DNA of 64,000 bases from Hydrolagus colliei (lineage: Eukaryota): assembly GCA_035084275.1 (NCBI GenBank), contig CM068749.1:11284001-11348000 (forward strand). The letters run 5' to 3'. The translations under genes and the position numbers were made by a program. Each line of letters starts with the position of its first letter. Position 1 is the stretch's first letter. Of the stretch, positions 24,481 to 39,221 are shown piece by piece. The notes beneath the pieces are model-generated. The model was given only the letters and a program-made list of their open reading frames with translations, ran no database searches and was not told the DNA's origin.

Positions 24481-27400
24481 TTCGATGCCATTCTTGTTTA
24501 AGAATACTGCTGCTAGATCAGGCACCATTGGAAGTGGTGAGATTTCATTTCAGAGAAGTTGGGGGTGGCAGGAGTTGGAAGACATTGATTTAAAATGAAT
24601 GGAGCTGAAGATTACTTTTAGCCTCTGTGAAAAAGAGATTGCATTTTGTTTTTTTATCACAAAAAAAGTGTCCAGGACTCAGCGTAAACAAGACCTGACA
24701 GGTTTGTTACAGTACGGATGAGTTGACCTTTTAAGATCTCACAAATGTTTGGGAGAAAAAATATATTGCTCTTTTCTTCTGTTTTCAAATCCTACCCCGG
24801 TTTTCATTCAGTTCTGAAAGTTTGTCCTCAAATTCTCTTCCATCCTGATGCATCAGAGCTGCTGGACTTGAGTTTGAATCACCGTTAATTCAGCTTGGAA
24901 ATCTTTTCCACCACTGGTTTAGGACGTGAAAGGCACTATACAAATTTAATTTTATGTTGTTGATTAGAATGAAATCCCATCCATTCGATGGTGCTAGTAT
25001 TGGGGAGAGCAAAATTGTTTGTTCGGAGCCTTGTATATTACACGTGTATGAATGCAACCAAATTATCCTTTAAAACTACCCAGATGTGTTATATAAATGA
25101 GTGTAATAACAACAACAAAATTATATTTGTATAGCGCCTTTCACGTCAGGAAACATCCCAAGGCTCTGAGTGTAGATGCTTTCTATCTAACTAAAATCCT
25201 GACCTGAGGGTTTTTTGTTTTTCATCCAGCAGGTTATGGACTATGTTCCTTATCACTGGCATTTAGTTTCCATTAAAAGGACCAGGAATGGTCCACTTTA
25301 GCAGTGAAAATGGATGCACTCTGTAAATCATTAGCACACAGTTGGTTGTCGCAATTTTGTGGCATCAGCACATGTCTTAGCACATGCAGAAACCCATTAC
25401 CATGCTACCATCCAGACCAAATTGAGAACCAAACAGCTGATTCTGGGAGCTCTCACAGTTCAGTATCACGACTAGGTGCAGAACCAAAATTACCTACTCA
25501 CTTCACTGAATTGGCGGAGAAAGTCAAAAGGTACAAACTCTTACAGCTAAAGGTTGCAGTGTTTCACAACTATTTGTGTTAATTAACACATTATGTTACA
25601 AAATGCTTCTAGTCATCACCCCATTTGTCTGATGTATTCATTGTAAAATTTAACTTGATATTTAAGATTCTTATTTATTGAAACTGCAGAACCCTGGTCA
25701 TTTTTGGGGTTGTTTGGTTTAATTGCGACTGACTGTTGGAAAGAACTTTTCTACTCTGACAATCAGTTTCCTCGTTAGAGCCTTCTGCTGATAACATTAA
25801 TACGGCCCCTGGCATTTTACATTTTTGTAATTAAAAGAACCAATTACCGCCATTTGAAGGCACTGCTGTGGTTATTCACTGCTTCACAGTGATATACACC
25901 AGGTAATTAGTTCCAACGCCCTTCAAAGCTTTGCATAAATTCAAGGCAGTTGGGCTGGTAGTATGGCTGCACACTACTGTGGAACAGTTCGCAAAGCAAG
26001 TTGAAGCACCAGCGGGAATGCAAGAAGTAAGGCCTATGTGTAATACAATAGAACTTGCGTAAGTCTTATCTTTTATAAATCGTATAAATGTCTAAATTGT
26101 ACATTCACCTGAGTCCTATTCAGGAACTCGGGGCACTTACTGGAGCCTTCATATACCATATTAAATGATATTGTCCTGATGGGTACGACTGAAGTCAGCT
26201 TTACTGTATGTAGACAATGTTGCCTTGGGACGTCCTCAGCAACTTGGGACGTCCTACTGACGTGAAAGGCGCTCTATAAATCTAATTTTGTTGTTGTTGT
26301 TGTACAACCCGAAGCAGAAATGGGTGTCTGTACAGTTTGGAAAGGTTTGGAGCTGGGAGAGATGAAAGATCTCGATTTGCACCTCTCTGCTCACCCCTCT
26401 CAAAAAATTAATTGTTTTATCACTGCTTTACAATATCCTCTGAGAAATCCCTAAAATTCACCTAATCCAGTAAAACACGTACACACACACCAGACACTTC
26501 TTAAGATAGCAAAAGGGATTATTTTCCTCTTTCTCCCACACGTCCTTCCCTACCAAACCCATAGTTGCTGAGGGCGGTTGTACTATTCTCCCTCCTAATG
26601 CCCCGAAGGTCGAAATCTGCAAACTGCCGACACCCATCGGAATTCCAAACCTCTTCTGTACAGTTCAATGTCTTTTCCAATTGAACTATTGGAGGCATGA
26701 GCACATATTGAGGGACAGGTAATCCCAGATCGCAAAGCACTGATTTTGTGCTGAGTTAATGAGGATTTGTTTGTGCTGCCCTTTTATGTATTGATCAACT
26801 GACTTTGCAATGACCCTCTCACAGTATAAACACTGTCCCATGTGGCAACGTCTTGAATTTTCAGTGTGCGTTATTTTGTTAGCCTTTCTGTCCAAGTATA
26901 TTTTTCCCTGCTTATTCATGAGGAATTTAACTGGACGATGACGTATTGTGGGAGCTGTTTCGAATTCCGAATCCTCAGAGTGTTAAGTGGTACGTGGAAA
27001 AGGATTGGAAATCAAATTAAAATCTGCCACGTCCTGATAAATCAGTGGAACCGGCTTTTAGGTTAAATGTACGCCTCCTGTTCCTTTGTTCACTATATAT
27101 TCTAATCAGTTCGATCTAAAGCTTCTCAAGTGAAACTCGAATCATGAAATGCAACCTGGCTCTAATAGCAGAATAACTCCTTGTATCAATGGAAGAGTGA
27201 AGAATGTGAGCAATTGGATTACTCTAAAAGGTTTCAAGAAGCTGAAAGCCTGCAAGAGTTTTCTCTTTGAGCTCTGGTTTGGCTAAAGGTGCTTGCGGTC
27301 TTTTTTCCTGGGAGTGTCTGTCACCACCTCCCAATTCTGACTCTCTCCCAGTGTCCTCTCGCTGCAGGCTAGCAGCACATTTGGCTGCTTTTGCCTGATG

Positions 27401-28821
27401 CTGTCACTGTCTCATCAACCAACACCTTTATTGCACAGTGTTCCTGATAAACACGACATCCAACCGACCTATTGTTAGACCGGTACAATCCTCTGTCTCA
27501 TGCTGTTTTCTCGAGGCAGTTTAATGTGAACAGGCAGCTCCCCAGTCGCATCGCAAAGATTCACAAAGTTTTTCAATATTTTTTGTTTAAACCAGGTGCA
27601 TTTTTTGATGGAGCTGCTTTTTGGATCTGGCTGAGGGTGGCGTTGGCTGTCACTGAGCAGTACTCTCATCGTCCAGTGCATGCTGTCGAGCGGAACACAT
27701 GTACCTTAGTAAGATTATAATCGACGGCTACAAACAAGATTCGATTCAGGGCTGTCATATTGTTTGGTTCTTTAGTTATCTTCAAGGGAAAGAAAACTAT
27801 AGGGATCAATGATTTTTGGTTAATTGAGTGGCTGATATATGGAAACCCATTGTGTGCGTTGCCTGCTTAAGATTATCCATCTCTTCCGTTGTGGAAGCAT
27901 CCCAGTTCTATCATTTCAATGGAGATGCTACAAGTATGTCCATGCATCAGAAATAAGTAACCTGTGACTAGATGATTGATGGCATTCATTTTACTAATTC
28001 TCAGATTAATTCAAAAATGTTTTTTTTGCAACTGAGATTGAGTCAAAGACAATTTTTAACTATAAAACTACAGTAGAGAGGCTAAACTGTTTTATCCAGC
28101 ACCTAAAGCCTATTCTGGAGTTAAACGTTCTTTTCCTTAATAATAATCCATTTGGGGGCATATAGAAAGGGAAGTAATGTGTGCAAGACAATGGATCTGG
28201 ATTTAAAAAACTGGTGCAGAGTTGAAAAATGCCAATGGTCTTGTAGAGGAAAGTAAATTAAATATTGTATTACAGTGAGGTGTGAGCTGCAGGGTGATTG
28301 GAAGGGGAGTAAAATCAAAATATAAATGTCAAGGTAGCTGGAGAAGGCATTGCTAGGCTACTTTTTGTTGTTTATTAAGCTGTTTCTTGCAGACTAGTTG
28401 TGCCTTGAAAATGAGTTGTTTTGGTCTGAGGCCTCCAATAATGAGATGCGTTTGTTTGAAAATTGATGCAATAATAAAGTCCTTTGCATTTGGTAACGCA
28501 CCTTTCACATCGGGAGGATATCTAAAGGCACTTTCCGGGATACACTGTAAAATTTGCAATGGTTGTGTTTTTGTAAGAGTATGCGTCAGTCGATTTGCAC
28601 ACAGTAATGAACCACAAAAAGCCTTGACCAGGGACTGAGCCAGGCTGACACACTGTACATGCCATTATTAATGGAATGGGCACACCTAGTGTAATGATAT
28701 TCCTTTGCCAAAGAGCGAAAGCCTAGTTAAAGGGCCACAGTCCTCATCAAAAAAACTTGTGCCATTTCCTTCATGATGCACCATCCATTATCAGGGCATT
28801 CACACCTTCCAACAACAGGGT

Positions 28822-29220
28822 GCCAGCCTTGTTCAGTTGGTAGCACTCCCGCCTCCAAGTCAGGTTCAAGCCTCACATAGTCACTTTGAACTCAGAATTT
28901 AAGGCGACACTTCAGTGCTGTATTATTGGATGTGTCTTTAGGACCAGAAGTTAAACTGAGGTCTCTGTCTGCCTGTTCAAGTGGATAAACATGTTGAACA
29001 TCCCATTCCATTGCACTATTTGAAAAGAGAAGGGAGTTGCCCCAATGTCCTGGCCAACAATCCCTCAAAAATGTAGATTGGTCTACCATTTTATAGCTGT
29101 TTGTGGTTGCTGTGTGCAAATTGGCTGCTAAATGCAGTCTCTATACTTACGACTACAAAAAATCTTGAGAAGCACTTTAACACAATGTGAAAAACACTAT
29201 CCAATGTAAAGATTATTATT
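28822..29220 (+). mobile_element. SINE family B (Deu-like)
   Basis: gttcagttggtagcactcccgcctc...ggttcaagcc...gttaaactgaggtctctgtctgcctgttcaagtgga...gtcctggccaacaatccctc. Confidence 0.8.
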
Positions 29221-30084
29221 TATTAGAAATAAGATCATTAACTAAAAAAGAAAGGGTTTGCCAAAGACTTTCACATTGTTGAAGTCGACTTAAACGCTTG
29301 TATATATATTTTAAAGGGACAGAACATTTTTAAAAAATTGGGATTTGCAATATCATGTTTCTTGTTTACTCTTGTTTGAGAGTAAAGAGATATAGGTTTG
29401 TACTAGTCAAATCAGATTTCTGCCTTTGGCTCTCATTCAGGAAGCCGATTAACATACAAAGCTTTGGTCTTGTGCTGAATAACATTACATGAAAGCCACA
29501 GACAGGATTATGTGCGAAGACACATGGCAGAGTTGTGAAAATGCCTGCAGTATCAAAATGATGGGAAATGAGATTCAGGCAACCCTTTCCTGGTCAGATT
29601 GGACAAGCGTTTGGTTTAATGGAAATGTCACTCATTGCAGGTACCCTGGCAGCTGTGAGGCGACCACAATTCCTGTGATTCTTTACAGAGTTTGAACATG
29701 ACAAGAAAATGTTCCATGCGTACTACCCAGTCTTCTTATATTGCTGAAAGCAGTTTAGATATCTCGTTGATTCATATTGCTTAACTTTAACTGGCACAGT
29801 AAGCACCGGATGCAGTTATTGTTTTCCTGCTATGTAATAATACATAATCATCTGTTTATTTGATAGATAGCGTTTGTGATTGAAACACATCAAAGTGCGT
29901 CACAGACATTTGCTGTCAAGTGTGGCAACCATTTTGTGCGCAGCGAAGCACACTAACAACTGTGTACAGTTTATCTGTGCAAAAGTAATGATGCTGTGTG
30001 CATCACGGAAAAAGTATTCCCTGGAGACCTCAGAGAAAAGATTGCTGAGTCGAATTTCCTTGGAGTGATGTCTTGAGCTTCAGC

Positions 30085-30200
30085 TACTGCGATGTGAATA
30101 GGAGGCAGGGAATTGGGATTGGAGCAGTTGGATTTGGTGGAGCGGCTAAAATCAGCATAGGTTTGATGGGCTGCATAAACTTCTTTCTGTGTCGTTATTT
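30085..30200 (+). mobile_element. CR1 LINE 3' UTR remnant
   Basis: gcataggtttgatgggctgcataaacttctttctgtgtcgt resembles the recalled chondrichthyan CR1 tail gatgggccgaatggcctccttctgtgctgt. Confidence 0.4.
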
Positions 30201-32549
30201 CGGTGAAAATGGCTCAATGCAAGAGAAACATTGTCTTATTGGGATCAGAAATGTGTAAGTGGCTGGATTGTAAGTAATATAATAGCCCTTTTGTTTGATA
30301 TAGTGCATTTTACGTTAAGAAGAGGACTATTATTATTGCTAAATCCCTTATCAATCTATTCTCCTCAGCGGTAGGCATCAGTGACACCCTTCATTTAGGA
30401 GATCAGAAAGAAATTGCTCGGTTTGTTTGTACTTCTATCCGCTGTGACTACTCCACACATTTTAATATCTTTAAGACTTTGACCCTCTCTCCATTTTACC
30501 AAAGTTTTAGTCGACGGAATAGCAGGACGCTGCAACTCACTGTTTATCTCAATATGACCTTCAACTATATGCGAGATCGCTCTCATTTGTTGCAAAACAA
30601 ATAATTCACTTGAGTAATACAATGTACCTGCGTGTCAGGAGGATGACCCAAAGTGCTTAAGCAGAATTATACGAACACTGCAGGTTACTGGCCTTCAAAA
30701 GTTGGCCTCCACCACATGTTCCTGTTGTTGACCAGAATACATTGGTCTCAGATCCAATATTGTAGCTTGTAATCAGGCACTGCGAATACAGCAGATGTAA
30801 TGGGACACAATGTCTTTGAAGGGCATTTACTACATGTAATACACTTAGAACTCCCTATTGCTAGGTTCCCATTCCCATCCACAGCTCAATAATTGATCTC
30901 CACACATCTACCAGCAGTAAGCAGTCATCAAAAGCAGCTTGCTCACCTCCATGCATGAATTGTCTGTAGTTTAGCAGGTGGAAAAAATATATATTTTTTC
31001 AAATATTGTATCAAATATTTCATGGAAGATGATGGAAAATGCTGTGTAAAATTAGCCTGTGAAGACTGAATGTATTGAAAGAATGTATTGAAAGTTTGAA
31101 AGACTGGGTGCTGTTTTCTGAGAAAAAGATCGCTTTTCCAGGGATAATAATTCCTCTTTTAAAAAAAAACGAAAGGCGTCGATAATGCATACAAATCCAA
31201 GCCATTTAAGTGAATTTAACTGAGATAACAAATTTACTGGGAGTAAGGACAAACGTAAGTAGCCTCAAACAAGAGTAGAGATAAGTGTTCCTTTAGTCGT
31301 TGTGCATATCTGGGGTAGATTGCTGTCAAAACTCCTTGCTGTTATGCTAACAACTGCTATTGTTCCACAAAAAAAAACTCTGAGCTGGATGGATATTTAC
31401 TTTACAGGATTGAGATTTTTAAGGATAAATAGAGACTTGAATGACCCAATACTCCACAGAATACATTGTCCGCTGGCACCTGGCAAAATTTGATAACAAT
31501 AACTTGCATTTATACTGTGCCCGTCACATAGGAAGGATGGAGTCTTGGAGAGCTATACAAAGACTGGGTTGGATGCTGAGCAGGAGAGAACGGGGCTGGT
31601 GGGAGGGGAACAAATACATAACAGAGCCAATCTCCAGAATGGGGATAAGATGTTACATCGAGGCCCTGTCTGCTTTATTCAGCAAATTGCAGAGCACCCT
31701 CTGGACTGGGAGGTATCTCAGATCACTTTGATGTATTCAGGTAGATGTTATAGATACCATGGACTACAGTTTTTAAAAAGTGAAGGGCATTTCTCCTGAT
31801 GTCCTGGCCAACAATCCCCCTCAAAAATTTAGATTTGTAATTAATTTTATGGCTCTTTGTGGGATACTTATGGCGCGTAAATGGGCTGCCTCATTTTCCT
31901 ACAAATACAGTTACTGCTGTATCTCCACACTAAAAAGTGCTGCACTCCAGGGTGAGAGGAATCTGTTAGGATAATCAAGCACATACTTTTATGTGGTACA
32001 GTACCTGGATTCGATCTCTTCAACTCTGGAATTGTATCATATGAAGTAGTGGGACAGCACCTGTGATAAAGTATATGAGAAACCACTGATTCACTGTGAT
32101 TTTGTCCTATGATTGGAAGCTGATATTTATTGCTTTGGTCAACAATGAACATACATTGCATTTTCAAGCAAGTTTTTATTTACACTGAGCATTCTGAATG
32201 TGTTTGTGGGGGGGTGGGAGGAGAGCAGTAGATAACTTGTCATTTTGGCTCAACAGTGTTCATGTAAAAGCTTGTCCTTGTGGCTCTGCAGAGTTTCATT
32301 TTCTAATTTTTGGCAAACTGACAATATCTGTAATTCTTATATAAATGTATAAATAACTAAGACATCTAACCAATATGAAAATGTATGTGAAAACAATTTG
32401 CTATGATTTGCTATGATTCAGTTTGAGAATTAGTTCATAGATTCAGGGATTGCTGCAGACTGTAATAAGATAATGTGAAATCTCTGTACGACTATTACAA
32501 TAAATATTTGACTGAAGGTTAACATGATGTATTCACATCCCTCATTGCT

Positions 32550-32800
32550 CAGTTCAATTGCAGACAGGGCGAAACCTTGGATAAGTTTCCTTACTCCACA
32601 CACCTGATAATAATCACTCCAAAAAACAAAAAAAATTGGTAATTTCAATCCATGACTGTTTGTGGGCCACCGTTTTGCGCAATTGGCCACCCACGTTTCG
32701 CCCACAAATATAGTCAATTCACTTTACAGTATATTCTGTGAAGTGCTTTCGAGACGTCCAGAAGATGTGAAAAGCGCTATATCAAATGCAAGGATTATTT
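32550..32800 (+). mobile_element. SINE family A, starting at the B box
   Basis: gttcaattgc...gaaaccttggataagtttccttactcc...aaaagcgctatatcaaatgcaaggattatt. Confidence 0.85.
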
Positions 32801-34921
32801 ATTCTTATTTTATTAAATGTAAAATCCTCAGAGTAGTTGGTATTCCATTAATGTACGCTTTGGAACGTCCTCCCGACATGAAAGGTGCTATATAAGTGCA
32901 ATTTTGGCGTTGTTGTTATTGGAATACAGTGATATTCAATCCACAGCTGTTGGCCTCGTCTCAATCAACGTATATCTTAATGTGGTCGAACTATAAAATA
33001 TTCACTTTATTTCATTTAATACGAGATTTGTGGATTGGCTTCTGAATGATTAAGTGCATGGAAAGTGACTAAAAGTACATTTTAAATAATCAAAACGGCA
33101 CATCACATCTTTGTACTTTCCAATGACTATCTTTGTCAAGGCTTGAGTTGCCCAGGTTTGCAATGCAATTTCAGATTTCAACTCAAGTAATTGATATTAA
33201 TCATGATGTTGCTCTACTCACGGAGAATCCTGTGCCAAACCATTCAGTGAAATGACCCAATTAACAATAATAACAAAAAATTAACAACAGATTACATTTG
33301 TTCAGCGGCTTTCACGTCAGGGATAATAATAATCATCATCACCCTTGCATTTGATAGAACTCTAAATCGTGACTCAAAGCACTTTGTAGGTTATACTGTA
33401 AAGCGGTATGATTGTATTTTGTGAGAAACATGGCAGCCAATGCATGTAAAGCAAGGTCCCACAAATAGCCATGAAGCGAGGGACCAATTTTATTAGTTGG
33501 ATTTTTGGTCAAGACATTTGTTGAATTCACCTGCAAAATACACAGTCGATCCACTTGACACCAAGGTGGTCATAATTTGTGAACCAAATCCCCAAAATGC
33601 ATATTTTTTTAAAAAAATTAACTCTCCCTAATTCCTGTCGCTAGCAATACTGGAGAAACTTGCTAGGTTAATGGCTGTATTTCCCTGATGAGTGTATGTA
33701 TTTTTAGTTTGTTGCTGAATACTGCTGACGGGGAAAAAGGAGCAAACTCCTTGCTTGTTGGCCAGCAGTCCACAAGTTGCTATCATACACAAACGGAAAT
33801 GTTTTTTGGAAGTCAACTCATAGTATATGTGTATACATCTATGATTATTTCATTGTTCAAGAACACATTGCTACAGTCTGTTTCATGGTTGCATTGTAGC
33901 CCATCCAGTTTCAACTGCCCTGATCGCTGTGTGCAGTCAGGCTACCGCTAGAATAATCATCTCAAGTTCATGTGGGTAATTTTGGTGAAAGAAGATGGAA
34001 AGTGGTTACCTAAAATGGTTTGACAGAGTGCAAGTCTGTGTAAGCTATATTTATACCTCAATTTGTTTTAAATTGGATTTTTTTTCTCAGTGCAATGATG
34101 GGGTTTCTTAGATTCCATTAGAACCAGAAAATTATCAAAATATGTAAAGATTAAATTTCACATTAAGTCATATGTTCCAGCTAATATTTCAAATGCCATT
34201 TGAGACATTTATTTCAGTTCCCCTCTAATCCCTCTATCCCTTCCTATCAGTCATCAGTGATTGCCATGTATCTTAACTTATTATTACCCAAAGTGCTAGG
34301 CTGAGAGATACTCTTGTGATCATTTTCATCACACTTGAGCGATTTCATGTGGAAAATATCTTACACAAGATTAGCTTTATGCTCTATGAAAAATGATGAG
34401 GGATATCATACAGTACCTTCATCTCTACAATTTAAGTCTGGGACAATTTGTCTGCAACAATTTATATAATAATAGCAAGATTTCTTTTCACTTGGCAGTT
34501 CGGTGAGTAAATGCACTAATACCTGCACCAGACCGGGAAGGAAGGATCACAGGTCTGATTTCTAATCTGTTCAGCTGGTTAACCACAATGGAGGTCCACA
34601 GTTTCTACTCCTAAAATAGAGGGGAACAACAGCAACTCGTGTTTATCCAGCACCCTTCTTGCAGGATGGCGTCTTGAGTTGTATAATAGGAGAGTTGGTC
34701 ACTGGTCAAGGGGAAGATTAAGTGAGAAAGAGGAAACTGGTCATCTTTCCTGGTATTTTACCCATTGATTTAATAGATATCTGTGTGTAAGTGTAACCAT
34801 AGGGTGTCCATTAGGTCTCTGGGTTGGCTTGATGAACTCTAATGTTCAGACAACCTAATGCATTCACTATCAAAGATCAGACAAGAAGAATGACCACTGG
34901 TGTGATAAACGGTAAAAATAC

Positions 34922-35218
34922 TACTAATAATAATCCTTGCATTTGATATAGCGCTTTTCACATACAATATTCTAGATGTCTCAAAGTGCTTCACAGTGAA
35001 TTGACTATATTTGTGGGCAAAACGCGGTATGCAATTGCACACAGCAGTGTCCCACAAATCGTCGTGGATTGAAATGACCAATTTATTATTGTTCTTTGAG
35101 TGATTATTATCAGGCGTGTGGAGTACGGAAACTTACCCAAAGTTTCACCCTGCTGGTAAACCGAACCCAGATCACGCGCTTGTAAGGTGAGTGCTCTAAC
35201 CACTGAGCTACAGGGCTC
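34922..35218 (-). mobile_element. Full-length SINE family A
   Basis: Colinear with 7735-8038, including the tRNA-like head and (ATT)n tail. Confidence 0.9.
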
Positions 35219-36229
35219 CACAATGTGACTGGGTCTAGATTTACTCCCATTTAGGATTTTAGAGAATCTGGAATTCAGCAAATCCTTACAAGTAGTATCA
35301 ATGTTGAAGTCAGTTCTCAATAAGTTAATTTACAATATAAATCTTTTGACCACAGCAACTTTGTGAAGACGGAAATATATCACATCTGCATATTTCTTTG
35401 AAGAGTTTCCACACGGGAGTTGATAATTACAGTGAAGTACAGATTGCATTATGAAGACCTGCATTTCGTATTTTCTCCCCCTTTTGATGTGATTAACCAC
35501 AAAGCGTGATACATTGAACCCACATGCATGAATTTCCAGTGACCTGAAATGCAACAATAGCTCCCCTTATCCCTGATGGATCAATCAGTCAGGGAACTAT
35601 CTGATGGCGGACTGATTGACAACTATTCCCTCAAAATAGGACTCTTCCCCCGAAAACAATATAGGTATAATTGATTAAGATGAGCATCTTGTTCAATAAT
35701 TATAGCTGTTTTGCAAGATTCACTGAAGGTGGAATATTTCCCCCAAATATCTTCCAAACTAAAATGAATCATTTAGAAAGTACTTAATGAACTGTGTACC
35801 TCCCAGAGGCTAAACTGTGACCCAGTGCTACTAAGAGCTTAATTCATTACGATAGGTGTTTGTACATTGATTCAGGGCACCCATTACCAGAAAAACAAAC
35901 TGGTAATACTTATTACATAAACCACAGCGTTGAATGGTTTCGGGCATGCATTTGTTTATTGTAAAGTGACATTTGCTTGTTGGTTGGACAGATGTAGTAA
36001 TTTAATTAAATGTGTCTGTTTGGCTACTGTCTCGCTGGCAATATATTGCTGGCTCTCAACAAAGCTATTGAGCTGCAGGGACTATGTATGATCTGTACTG
36101 GGATCTGTACTCTTTAGGCTCTGGGTGCTTGAGTTAGTAATTGTTGGTAATTGTTGTGGCTGAATTTAGTTATCCAGCTTAGCATTTGTTCTTAAGATTT
36201 GACCCACTTCATCTTCCTTGATCTGACCA

Positions 36230-36563
36230 TCACAGCTTGTGGTTCAAGCCCCAAGTCTTGAACCACACTTCGAGCACTGACTTGTCGAAGTTGCTGTCCT
36301 TCGAATGAGATGTTAAACCGAGATGCCGTCTGCCCTTGAAGGTGGATAGTAAAGATCCAATGTCACAATTCGAAAAGAGAAAGGGTTTTCTCCTCGTCCC
36401 TGGACCAACAATCCCCCTAATACAATTTGTCATTAACTTTGTGACTGTTTGGAACATTGCTGTGATCACACACAAGATACAATCATTGTGCTCTACAGTA
36501 AATCCTTTGAAAAGCTTTATTTGCTCAAGGACATAAAATTGTATATAAAATGTAAAGATTATT
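36230..36563 (+). mobile_element. SINE family B (Deu-like)
   Basis: ggttcaagcccc...ctgtccttcgaatgagatgttaaaccgag...ggtggatagtaaagatccaatgtcacaattcgaaaagag. Confidence 0.8.
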
Positions 36564-37096
36564 ACCAGGTAGTGTGGGCAACACTTAATATCTTTCCTAA
36601 TAACCCACATCCTGTCCTTGCCTAGACATGCCTTCCCTTCGTTCCGACCCACCAATGATTGTAGCAGGGTGGCATCTGCTTGAAATCAAATAAAAATAAG
36701 TTGTCATGATTCAGTTCCAAACATTGTGCTTTAACGGCAATGTTTCTGACTGACTGTCAGCACGGAAAAGAGTTGTCAGGAGTTTTGTGCGTTCGATAGC
36801 TGTGTTTGTAAATAGAGAATGACAGGATCAAAGCAGCTCACAATAAATGTCTCTGGGTGTTGAAAGAATAGTTTGAGGTCCGAATTGATCTGTGTCCAAA
36901 ACGTCTGGCCAGTGTCTCCGTAGTTTTCCCCACCTGAGCTGAAGGCTTAAACCACCACTGGTGCTGCCTTCACAATTATGAGTAACACTAACTTTTTACC
37001 TGTAATGTAGTGTTTCCTACACTGGCTGGGTTAAATAGGCAAATATGTCGAAATCTACTTTCTTATCTCATATGCCTCATTCATGAATTCCCGGAG

Positions 37097-37141
37097 ATGT
37101 CAATGACCTGTCCAGGCAGTGCCTGGACAGGTCATTGACAT
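37097..37141. repeat. Perfect palindrome with 22-bp arms and a 1-nt spacer
   Basis: atgtcaatgacctgtccaggca-g-tgcctggacaggtcattgacat. Confidence 0.95.
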
Positions 37142-39221
37142 ATATGTAATTATATGTAATAAGGATTGATTTCACTTCCCATAGCCAATGAGCCCAGGTG
37201 CTTTACACTCAATGATTGTGTACTGTTCAACAAGAGAAACAGCTCATTAATGCCTGTAATGGGGGATATAGGACTCTCAACAGATGCCCCTTTTTCAAGC
37301 TCCCTTGGGATTCCTCTTCAGCAGTGGAATCTCGGCTCCCATTTGATAGGAAAGTGCTGTGTAAACCCGTTGTTCGGTGTTTTGATGTCAACCACAAACG
37401 TCAATGCTGCCAAAAGTAAAATCTCAACTGAAATGGAAACTGTCATTCCCCCCTTGACTCCACTAAGGAATATGGCTCCCCCCGCCACCCTTGATGGTTA
37501 GAAAATCTGTGTGTTTGATCCAGCCATATTGTACTTCCTTTAAATTAGACTTGGATCATTCAGCTCACAGTGAACTCTGTGCACGAAAAGCCATTAAAGT
37601 CTTGACTCTCTCCCTCAATCCTAGCATCTTACCCCTTCTCTGCTCTGCTTTCTCAATCGTGCTTCTAGTCACCTCCCCTCTCCCTCTACCCCTGGCACAA
37701 GTCAGACTCGGCCATTGTCAATCGCCCCAAGACGCATGTTGGGTTTGATCGCTTAGTGACCATAAGGACTGAGGCGGTTTCTATTCTCAATTGAAGTATA
37801 ATCGTTCACCCTCTATTTGCAGAGCAGGCTTGAAGCAGAACACACAGCCGAACACGACACAATAACAATGTTATGTTGTACTTTAAAAGGAACAAGTAAA
37901 TGAAAAGCTTTCAGTTCTACTTTGACAGAGGTTCACTTGTTCGGTTGCTAACTTATGGAAGCAAAAGTCTGCCAGATGCATTCACTCGAGGGCTGCTGTG
38001 ACAGCTGTGTGAATGATAATTTTTTTCAATTTACTCGTTGATGCTTTGATTTGAAGCACTATATTTGCACTGCTGGATGTCTTGAGGATTTTAACTGAGC
38101 TGAGTTGCAATACAGAGCGTCTTATTTTGCATTAGCCTCAGTTTTGTTCCATTCCCGCTTTCTGTTTTGTACAATCAGTCGGAGTCAGTCCCAGTGGAAT
38201 GAACAACCACACAAAACAGATGGTGAAAAATTGCAATTTTTCTGCAGGTACCACTTATATCTCAACTCATTACCGACTTGAGTCAGATTGTTCTTTTCTG
38301 GTGATTTGTTGATTTCAGACTCTATAGCACATTCAGGTGAACTTTTATTTCTTTACATCAACTTAAAGAGAAGACAAGCTACATTTCTCTTGTTCCTCCC
38401 TGCATCTGTGCTGTAATTTTATTTAAAGGGAGAGGACTCTCCAACTCAGACCTCTCTGTATACATTTGTTTGTTCGCTAACAAATGTGCAGTCACTCCAT
38501 TTCACATTCAATCCTCTGCAGCACTTTGATGGAGGGCATTGAAAGCAGTGACAAGGATTTTGAACTCTGTTCTCTGCGGGATGGTGAGCCAGCGGTGTTC
38601 TTAATTCATAGTTATCAATAATTATCTGAAAAAAATACAGAGGGGTTTGTGAAAGGCATTATACACGTGTAATTTTGTTGTTGTTAAGAGAGAGAAAGGC
38701 AGCACCCTTGACTCACCTATTGTTAACGACCCCTCAACAGATTCGCATTAGTAAGGATTCCAGTTTGAAAGCTACCAATATAATGGAAGAGCAAAAGAGA
38801 GAGATGTCGGAAAAATTGTTAAACTCTTAGATTAGTAAGGGCTGAGGCCTAAGCAACTTAACGCATGCCAGATGTTGGCTCGTTAACTCATATTGAGACC
38901 TCGCTTCACCCAAAGGTTTGCTTTGCTCTCAATTATATCAGAGGCTTGGTTGGTCCTACACTAGGTTAGAATTGTTTTGAATAGGTTGAATTGTTTTGCT
39001 AATAATAGTGTTAATTTGTGGTGAATGTTTGATTGCTAGCTACCACCCTAGAAACATAGATTAACAAGCCCAGCCCAGTAAGCCTATCCTGCCACTTTAC
39101 ACTATGGCTGCTGTATCCTGGCTAGAGGAAGTATCACACATTGTGGTTAATATAAACCACTGAAGAGCATTGAAATCCATGGCTTTACAGGACAGATGTT
39201 AATGCTGATGTCGGTTTAAAT

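Noticed and set aside
35581-35619. 10-bp inverted repeat tcaatcagtc/gactgattga
   Set aside because: Short enough to arise by chance in 64 kb; no other support.
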